From NCBI GenBank assembly GCA_902560445.1, contig CACELO010000002.1, forward strand, positions 66,468 through 130,467: a DNA stretch of 64,000 bases, in the 5' to 3' direction. The stretch comes from an uncultured Candidatus Poseidoniales archaeon. GTDB taxonomy: Archaea; Thermoplasmatota; Poseidoniia; Poseidoniales; Thalassarchaeaceae. This document shows positions 25,909 to 32,819 of this stretch, piece by piece. Both the position numbers and the translations under genes were made by a program. How positions within the stretch are numbered: the first letter of the stretch is position 1; each line of letters opens with the position of its first letter. The notes beneath the pieces are model-generated. The model saw only the letters and a list, made by a program, of their open reading frames with translations, did no database searches and was not told where the DNA came from.

Positions 25909-27144
25909 TCATTGGAGAGTTCCAATGTCTTCGGCTGTGATGCCAAATGCATCCCAGACTGGCTGTAGATAGGAGCGGATATCCGCTTCGTAATCTGCTG
26001 TTGCATCTCCATCATTCTTCAGATCGAAGATTTCGAGAATCTTGTCATTGTAGTAATTAGCATACCACCCAAATGCCTCGCACTCCTCCTCTGACATACC
26101 CTCATGCTGAGCGTGTGTCACTGAATTATAGCATCCTGTGAATTCCTCTCCACTCGGATCGTTTGGAGAAGTGTAGTTCTCCAGATACATGTATGCCTCG
26201 CAGGATGCCTGTGAGCTATCCGATGAGACCGTGTGAGATACCATGTTGTAGCAGATCGAAGTGTACTCAGCGACATATGCCTCGATTACCCTGTAGAAGG
26301 CGTGACCCTCTGCCTGGTGCTTGTCGTAGTCTGCAGTATCTCCAGCAGCTAGGTCGTCCGTCATCTTTGATGCGTACCTCACAGAAGCCTGTGAGTAGAC
26401 GATTACAATATTCTTCAGAACCTCGTCGCGTGCGTCGACTACTCCTTGCATATCTTCATTCTGAAGTGCAGTCAAGCCAGCGTTCATTGCGGCTAGAGTA
26501 GCGATGTTTGTAGCATCACCAGTCCCAAAGTTGCCCCCTCTCTTGGCAGCGGTTGCATATGGCCCACATCCATCGTAATCATGGTTGGAATCGTCAGGAC
26601 CATGGTAGAAAGCCCATCCTTCGTCCCAAGCGTGTTGAGCGTCATCGGCCCCCCAGTTTCCTGCTTCCGCCTTGATGATTGCAGCGTTGAGTTCATGGAT
26701 TGCATAAGCAGTCATCACACCATTCTGGATTCCCTTTTCGACTGCTTGATCTCTGACTGTGTCAGATTCTCCCTCGAAAGGACCTGTGCCATCAATAGCC
26801 GCAGATACGAAGTCATTCCATGAGCCGTCTGCATCATAGTATGCGTCGTAGGCGTGGTTCTTGCCGGAAGCATCTGCGAAGCCCATGAGGGTCCTGTAGG
26901 AACCGTCGGACTTCTCCGCGTGCTTTCCATCATCATAGATATCCTTCACACCGTCCCAATCGTATGCACCAGAGAGGTCCTTAATATCGCAGACATCACC
27001 CATTAACATTCGGTGATTATCAACGTTGGAAGCATACGTGTATCCTCCATCTGCGTCATCAAGATCTACATCATCTCCTGCACAACCGGCAATCGCACTG
27101 CCGATTAATACTAAAGTCATCATTAAAGTCATTGTTCTATTCAT
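25909..27144 (-). CDS. acidic lipoprotein of unknown function (mostly helical, Cys-pair modules near the C-terminus)
   Basis: Signal/lipobox 'LIGSAIAGCAGDD'. 411 aa. Two operator-like palindromes lie directly 5' of the gene. Confidence 0.7.
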   Translation of the reverse strand: MNRTMTLMMTLVLIGSAIAGCAGDDVDLDDADGGYTYASNVDNHRMLMGDVCDIKDLSGAYDWDGVKDIYDDGKHAEKSDGSYRTLMGFADASGKNHAYDAYYDADGSWNDFVSAAIDGTGPFEGESDTVRDQAVEKGIQNGVMTAYAIHELNAAIIKAEAGNWGADDAQHAWDEGWAFYHGPDDSNHDYDGCGPYATAAKRGGNFGTGDATNIATLAAMNAGLTALQNEDMQGVVDARDEVLKNIVIVYSQASVRYASKMTDDLAAGDTADYDKHQAEGHAFYRVIEAYVAEYTSICYNMVSHTVSSDSSQASCEAYMYLENYTSPNDPSGEEFTGCYNSVTHAQHEGMSEEECEAFGWYANYYNDKILEIFDLKNDGDATADYEADIRSYLQPVWDAFGITAEDIGTLQ

Positions 27145-27146
27145 AG

Positions 27147-27162
27147 TTTAGGTCTCCCTAAA
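27147..27162. promoter_or_regulatory. 16-bp palindrome TTTAGGTCTCCCTAAA (copy 2 of 4); candidate operator
   Basis: Begins 2 nt 5' of the ATG (27144) of the 411-aa lipoprotein gene. Confidence 0.55.
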
Positions 27163-27190
27163 CCGGCCGGATAGCGAATCGTATATGAAA

Positions 27191-27206
27191 TTTAGGGCGC
27201 CCTAAA
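27191..27206. promoter_or_regulatory. 16-bp perfect palindrome TTTAGGGCGCCCTAAA (copy 3 of 4); candidate operator
   Basis: Lies in the divergent intergenic region 27145-27299 and abuts the A/T-rich 'GTATATGAAA' (27181-27190). Confidence 0.55.
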
Positions 27207-27299
27207 CTCTTGAATCGTGCGTGGAAAATTGTCATATAACTGATGAGCAGTCAATTGAATTGGAGACGAGGTTTTTTTACTCATTTCTATTCGTAAATA

Positions 27300-27905
27300 T
27301 TGGTTTTAGTTACAAGGAGAGGATTAGTCTTGAGGAATTTGGGGCATAGATTGGGGGCTTCTGGTACCAAAATGGAAAATACCATTGACGGGCTTATGAA
27401 TTCATTAGAACAGGTAAATAATAGAAAATTTAAGTATTGGGAATTTGATATTAGAGAATCTTTGGATGGAATAATTTTTGTCTTTCATGATGATCAAATA
27501 CTTGTAGATGGAGAATTAATCGAAACCGCCAAATTGAATTTCTCTGAAATAATGAAAGCGGGTGAGGATTTGGGGGTAAAGATACCTACATTTTCAGAAG
27601 TTGTTGAAATATTGGGTGACCGGAAAGAAGATGTCATGGTTGAAGTGAAAGAATTGAGAACTGATGCCGCTAGAAGAACCGTAATCACTGCGATTTCTAG
27701 TAAACCAAATTGGAAACTGATGGCTACTCCAACTAGATTCTTGGAATCTTTTCCTAGTGAATCCAGGGAGTATTGGGAGCGATTTACTCGAGATTTGGAC
27801 GTAGAATTCGTTAGAGTTGGCCGCCATAAATTGGACCTTTTCAGCGCTTCTAAATCCTATTTTAGGTGGAAATTTGCTCGATTTAAATGGTTTTTCGGGA
27901 TTTAA
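27300..27905 (+). CDS. glycerophosphodiester phosphodiesterase (GDPD)-like protein
   Basis: 'LGHRLGASGTKMENTIDG...YWEFDIRESLDGIIFVFHDD' matches the GDPD N-terminal HR..EN...E.D...DG..V..HD pattern. It is short (201 aa). Confidence 0.6.
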   Translation: MVLVTRRGLVLRNLGHRLGASGTKMENTIDGLMNSLEQVNNRKFKYWEFDIRESLDGIIFVFHDDQILVDGELIETAKLNFSEIMKAGEDLGVKIPTFSEVVEILGDRKEDVMVEVKELRTDAARRTVITAISSKPNWKLMATPTRFLESFPSESREYWERFTRDLDVEFVRVGRHKLDLFSASKSYFRWKFARFKWFFGI

Positions 27906-27968
27906 TAATGATGACTATTTTGAATTAATTTTTCCTACAATTGATTATGAACCCCATTACTCACCCTA

Positions 27969-28403
27969 ATGTTGAAGAAAATGGTCAGTACTGATGAGTT
28001 AATTGTGGCGCTAAATAATGCTCTCGCTTGGGAATTAAGGGCTATTGCAATGTATGCTCACTATTCCGCATACGTTTCAGGGATTCATAGATTACAACTT
28101 TCGGTATTCTTCAATAATGAAGTAACAGAATCAATTGCGCATGCTTCAACCGTAAGATCCGCTATAGTGAAATTACACGGTAAGGCCACTACGGAGAGGG
28201 CAGAAGACCCTATTTTACACTCAATGGACTTCCGAGATATGTTGGAAGAGGCACACAAAACTGAGTTGAAAGCTAGCGAGACATATGGAGAAATTTTACC
28301 AATGGTTGAGCAAATTGGGGATAGCGAACTTTTTGATGCCCTGGAAGTTATTTACTTTGATGAACTGAGATCTGTAGAAGAATTGAGAATGATGCTTGGT
28401 TGA
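27969..28403 (+). CDS. ferritin-like four-helix-bundle protein (bacterioferritin/Dps-like superfamily)
   Basis: 144 aa. 'ALNNALAWELRAIAMYAHYS', 'EVTESIAHASTVRSAIVKLHG', 'LEEAHKTELKA' and 'FDELRSVEE' resemble the E / E..H / E / E..H di-iron pattern. The spacing of the first E..H is one residue off. Confidence 0.55.
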   Translation: MLKKMVSTDELIVALNNALAWELRAIAMYAHYSAYVSGIHRLQLSVFFNNEVTESIAHASTVRSAIVKLHGKATTERAEDPILHSMDFRDMLEEAHKTELKASETYGEILPMVEQIGDSELFDALEVIYFDELRSVEELRMMLG

Positions 28404-28429
28404 GATTTAAACATACTATTTACCGTTAG

Positions 28430-28445
28430 TTTAGGGTGCCCTAAA
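28430..28445. promoter_or_regulatory. 16-bp palindrome TTTAGGGTGCCCTAAA (copy 4 of 4); candidate operator
   Basis: 31 nt 5' of the ATG at 28476. TTTAAA (28406-28411) lies upstream. Confidence 0.55.
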
Positions 28446-28475
28446 CATTATCAAACAAACCGATTTCGGAGATGT

Positions 28476-29546
28476 ATGGAAAAAACTAGTTGGGCTGGTT
28501 GGGCCAAAGCTAACAAAGCACTTTTGCTCGCTGGATTAGTGCTATCTGCGACCGTATTGTATCTCATTTTCGACATTAATTACGAACAATGTGATGATCA
28601 AGATAACTGTATTACAATCGCTTTTGAGGTACAAGATGACTATTTGTATTTTGGAAAAGAGAACCCTCAGCACTTGGCAGACAAAATGAGTGCTCTGACT
28701 GGTATGGATGTTGAAATAATGCCTGTATCGAATTCCGGCGCGATAATCGAGGCTATCAATAATGGCAATGCGGATATTGGATTTGTAGATGGAGCGGCCG
28801 CTTGGCTTGCATGGGAAGTTTACGATTTGGACGTGCTAGCGGCAGAGTGGAAATTTGATCAAAGGACGTACTATAATGCGGCAGCCTGGGTGAAAAAGGA
28901 CTCTGAAATTGCAGACGCGTATCTAGATGATGATCCAGATACAGACCCATTTGCTTTAATGAATGGAAAAACGTCTTGCCATACAGGATGGCTGAAAAGT
29001 GCTGGGATGTTGATTCCAATGGGTTACTTGATTGGAAATGGGTATGCCGAGGTGCGTGGAGATCCTGAAGAAATTACTTCACTACGAGATACAGTGACGC
29101 ATTTCTTCAACGAAGATTCAAGCATACCTGACGGAGGTACTCAATATTCCGGATATAAGGGGGCATTGAAGTGTATGATGACTGATCGCGGAGACGTTGC
29201 TTTAGTCAAGGATACAGCATATATGCTCTACTGTGACGAAAATGAGGACGGAATTGCAGATGGTCCTGATTGGTGTTTGGATAGAGATGAGCTCGTTATG
29301 CTCGAGTCATTTGGTCGAGCACCGAGTCACCCCGCTTTGTATAATCCCTCAGCTATGAATAACGAAACGGTCGAACTAATTCAAAATGCATTGGTGGATA
29401 TGAATAATGATGAAGAAGGTACAAAGATACTCTCCGATGTCTTAAACACTGAAGGAATGGTTGTTACGAATGCTACTGCTCACCTAGGCACATATGGTGC
29501 GGCTGTAGAGAACGTCCCTGGAATACAAGCATTTTTTGAGGATTGA
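28476..29546 (+). CDS. monolobal transferrin-like substrate-binding protein (PhnD superfamily) with N-terminal membrane anchor/signal
   Basis: Motifs 'NADIGFVDGAAAW', 'RTYYNAAAWVKKDS', 'GKTSCHTGWLKSAGMLIPMG', 'YSGYKGALKCMMTDRGDVALVKD' and 'APSHPAL' align with transferrin N-lobe ligand and anion-site motifs (recalled from the human serotransferrin sequence). Confidence 0.8.
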   Translation: MEKTSWAGWAKANKALLLAGLVLSATVLYLIFDINYEQCDDQDNCITIAFEVQDDYLYFGKENPQHLADKMSALTGMDVEIMPVSNSGAIIEAINNGNADIGFVDGAAAWLAWEVYDLDVLAAEWKFDQRTYYNAAAWVKKDSEIADAYLDDDPDTDPFALMNGKTSCHTGWLKSAGMLIPMGYLIGNGYAEVRGDPEEITSLRDTVTHFFNEDSSIPDGGTQYSGYKGALKCMMTDRGDVALVKDTAYMLYCDENEDGIADGPDWCLDRDELVMLESFGRAPSHPALYNPSAMNNETVELIQNALVDMNNDEEGTKILSDVLNTEGMVVTNATAHLGTYGAAVENVPGIQAFFED

Positions 29547-29592
29547 TCACACAATCCCAACTAGCGTACTGCCACAACGTTGAGGTTTCATA

Positions 29593-30798
29593 ATGAGAGT
29601 GACCATCACTATCCTAATTTTATTGATAATATCTCTATTTTCTGGATGTTTTTCAGACGATGGAGATGATTTTGATTGGACTGATCCCCAAACAACAGAG
29701 TGCAATTTAGGCAATAACCTAACTTGTACTAATTTGTTTCCGGGAGCTGGTACTCCTCATCACTCAGAAGTAAATCCTCAAACTAATGAATTATGGATAA
29801 TTTATCTCAGTGGAATGGTAAAAATTTGGCAAGATGATGAACTAATACAAGCTGGTGACTTAAGTGAAATTGTAAATAGATGCCATACAGAACAAGGATT
29901 GCTTGGATTTGCATTCGATGCCAACTATAATTCTTCCAAACAACTATTGTTATCATATGTGGAAAAAGGCAGCTGCGAAGGGGCGAATAATGCAGACCTC
30001 GTTCTTGCTTCAGTTGTTGTTACTGATGATGATATGATAAATTTGGACTCGTTAATCGTCTTGAAAACCGTAGAACAACCATACAGGAATCATAACGGGG
30101 GGCATTTACATGGTTTGGGTAATGGAGAATACCTCTGGGGAATTGGAGACGGAGGTGGAGCTAACGACCCAGAAAAGAATGGGCAGAATTCTGAAAATTT
30201 ATTGGGCACTATTGTTTACTTCCAATACTCAAATGGCGATGTTAATCCGATAATGGATTCAGAAAATGGAAACCCCTACATCTTGCACTATGGTTTGCGA
30301 AATCCATGGAAATTCGACGTGGGCCCTAATGAGGAACTATGGATTGCTGATGTCGGACAAAATTGTTGGGAAGAAATTAATTTGGTAAATTTGGTAAACA
30401 AATCAAACCTTGGGTGGTCAGAAAAAGAAGGATTCAGTGATTTTTCCGAAGGTGGAAGTTGTGAAGGAGGAGTTCTATCTGAAAATAATGAATTTACAGA
30501 CCCTGTCTTTGTCTATGGTCACAATAACGGAAATTGTTCCATAACCGGTGGCTTTTGGACTGAGAATACAATAATCTCAGACCAAGGTGGTTATCTGTTT
30601 GGAGACTTTTGTTCTGGTTCGCTATGGATTCTTTCCAATGGTGTAAATCACACATGGAAAGAGACCTATCTTGGTAACGTGGGGGGACTAATTGTAGGGT
30701 TTGGAGAAGGGGCTAATGGTGAGCTTCTGGTCTTTTTCTGGACTGGAGAAATCATACAAATCACTCAATCCGCTGCCGCCGATAGCAATATCGTGTGA
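29593..30798 (+). CDS. beta-propeller lipoprotein, PQQ-dependent glucose/sorbosone dehydrogenase-like
   Basis: Lipobox 'ISLFSGCFSDD'. 'EQGLLGFAFD', 'YRNHNGGHL', 'GDGGGANDP', 'YGLRNPWKFD' and 'ADVGQNCWEEIN' match the GSDH-family pattern. Confidence 0.7.
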   Translation: MRVTITILILLIISLFSGCFSDDGDDFDWTDPQTTECNLGNNLTCTNLFPGAGTPHHSEVNPQTNELWIIYLSGMVKIWQDDELIQAGDLSEIVNRCHTEQGLLGFAFDANYNSSKQLLLSYVEKGSCEGANNADLVLASVVVTDDDMINLDSLIVLKTVEQPYRNHNGGHLHGLGNGEYLWGIGDGGGANDPEKNGQNSENLLGTIVYFQYSNGDVNPIMDSENGNPYILHYGLRNPWKFDVGPNEELWIADVGQNCWEEINLVNLVNKSNLGWSEKEGFSDFSEGGSCEGGVLSENNEFTDPVFVYGHNNGNCSITGGFWTENTIISDQGGYLFGDFCSGSLWILSNGVNHTWKETYLGNVGGLIVGFGEGANGELLVFFWTGEIIQITQSAAADSNIV

Positions 30799-30817
30799 TA
30801 CCTGCTCCAGTATTGTG

Positions 30818-32815
30818 ATGAGACGCCAAGGCGCGCTTAGAATCGTGGTCATGATTACGATTATTGGAATGATGATTTCTTCGTTACAAATCGGCTACCA
30901 ACAAGGTGGTCTTGATGAATCTCAAGACAGAAGAGAACAGCTCGGCCCTGATGAGCCTACACTGGAGGAGCGATGTAGCGTCCTTACTTTCGAGGATATG
31001 TTTGAGTATACTAAAGCAGTATTCAATTTCACTATTGCCAATGATTGGAGTTCTGCCGAAATTGAAGCAGTTGCTTGGGTAAATGGGACTTTGGCAGATG
31101 ATGTAAGACAGAGTTTAGATGAATATATTGCACAAATCTACCCAAGTGGCGATGATGGCTGGATTTCTACCGATGAAAGGGAGGGAGTCAGAGCTATTGC
31201 TTCGGAGTGTGTTCAATACACGTTTACTAGAATGGGTATGCGTGATGGAAGTCCTCACAGAGGAGGTGACGGTACCGATTGGAAAAACACATCTTGGAAC
31301 GAAGACGAGGTCCTAGTAGAAGAATGGAATCTAGTCCCTCCTCGACATTCGGAATCGAGAGAATGTTCAGGGATTGGTAGTGGTAGCGATTGCTACGAGG
31401 TTCCGGTATATCCGGATAGTGAACGAGATTGCGACACCGAGGTAGATTCATCGAGCAGTCAAGATGAATGTAGAATGAAGTTATGGCTAAATGCTACCAT
31501 GATAATCTCCGAGATAAATGATCCAAGTGACTTCACAATAGCCTATAATGCCTCAAACATGAGTGGGGCTGAATATCATATCAAATTCCCCGTAACCGAA
31601 GGACTCCGACTAGATATGTGGGAGGAATGTGAAGGACGAGACGTGCAAGTGGATATGGGTGATTTTGCTGGTGTGGCTCCTCTGAGAGGTAGTTGTATTG
31701 GTGACGGTTCTAGCAGCTATGAACTTAATGAAAACGAAGATGGAAGTCTAACTTACTCCTTCTATCCCAACATGCCTCAGTGGCCTGTAGGAGAGGACCT
31801 GTTTGCCGACTTTACAACTGCACCAATCCCAGTGGACGACCCTCCTGTCTGGACTGATAGCGCACCGACAGATGGAGCCTGGTTCCCTCGTGCGAGTGGG
31901 GGGGCACAGATTATCGCGGACTGGAATGAAGTTCAAAATTGGTTCAATGATGAGGCTGGAGTATCGAACCTTGAGATGAATTGTAGAGGTGATGCAGGAT
32001 TAGTAATTACCTACTCACAACGAGAGTTGTCGATGGATGTACCAAGAGGTCAGGCAGGAGAGGTCACCTGTGAAGCAATCGACAGTTCTGGCCAATCCTC
32101 AGGAAATAGAACTTGGAATGTAGGAGTTCCATTCCAAATTTCAACTACAGATACTGAACTATCAGACCCACATCCGATTACTCTCTCTCCAACCGCTGGC
32201 TGGCCTGATCTATCTGTAGAACTCGGATTTTCCTCAAGCTTCGAAGAGGCAGGAACATATTACGGCCCATATTCAATCCAAGGCTCGGAAATAACTCAAG
32301 ATATTGCTGTGGTGGGACTTGTCCCCGGTCCAGTATATGTCGCTGTAATAGTAACCGGAGAAGGAGTTTATAGTTTGCAAGCGACTTATGATTTGGGGAT
32401 TCAAAAGGCCAGCAGTCCTCCAATAATGACAGTCACCACCGAAGGGTGGGATGGTAATTCATGGTCAATGAGTGGTCAATTCTCCGACCCCGATGGTGAA
32501 ACGATTAGTTTCAGCCTGATGATTGATGGGGCCTCAGTTGGAAGTATTACGGTCAGTGGCAATATGTGGTCTACACCTGCGATTGATTTCTCAGTATGGA
32601 CAGAAGGTTCACATATTGTTGAGGTTCAAGCCTGTGATGAGTCTGGCCTATGTTCAAGTCAGCAACGTAGCGTTGACAATACTCATTTGTTCGTTGATCC
32701 TGAACCTGAACCTGAACCACCGAAGGATAACTCTTCGGTTCTTCCCTCAATGGGATTGGCCGGTCTGATTCTTGCGGCATCTGCCGCACTCATATACTCG
32801 GGCCGACGCGACTGA
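30818..32815 (+). CDS. secreted acidic surface protein with Ig-like C-terminal domain and PGF-CTERM-like tail
   Basis: ORF track 30701..32815. I start at ATG 30818 (MRRQGALRIVVMITIIGMMISSLQ signal/anchor), which removes the overlap with the upstream gene. The C-terminus is 'LPSMGLAGLILAASAALIYSGRRD'. Confidence 0.7.
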   Translation: MRRQGALRIVVMITIIGMMISSLQIGYQQGGLDESQDRREQLGPDEPTLEERCSVLTFEDMFEYTKAVFNFTIANDWSSAEIEAVAWVNGTLADDVRQSLDEYIAQIYPSGDDGWISTDEREGVRAIASECVQYTFTRMGMRDGSPHRGGDGTDWKNTSWNEDEVLVEEWNLVPPRHSESRECSGIGSGSDCYEVPVYPDSERDCDTEVDSSSSQDECRMKLWLNATMIISEINDPSDFTIAYNASNMSGAEYHIKFPVTEGLRLDMWEECEGRDVQVDMGDFAGVAPLRGSCIGDGSSSYELNENEDGSLTYSFYPNMPQWPVGEDLFADFTTAPIPVDDPPVWTDSAPTDGAWFPRASGGAQIIADWNEVQNWFNDEAGVSNLEMNCRGDAGLVITYSQRELSMDVPRGQAGEVTCEAIDSSGQSSGNRTWNVGVPFQISTTDTELSDPHPITLSPTAGWPDLSVELGFSSSFEEAGTYYGPYSIQGSEITQDIAVVGLVPGPVYVAVIVTGEGVYSLQATYDLGIQKASSPPIMTVTTEGWDGNSWSMSGQFSDPDGETISFSLMIDGASVGSITVSGNMWSTPAIDFSVWTEGSHIVEVQACDESGLCSSQQRSVDNTHLFVDPEPEPEPPKDNSSVLPSMGLAGLILAASAALIYSGRRD

Positions 32816-32819
32816 GTTC

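Noticed and set aside
23442-28445. Calling the TTTAGG-N4-CCTAAA palindrome a DtxR/IdeR 'iron box' or Fur box outright.
   Set aside because: Only the terminal TTAGG/CCTAA pentamers resemble the 19-bp DtxR/IdeR consensus. The spacing (4 vs 9 nt) differs and no regulator gene is in the window. The factor identity is left open.
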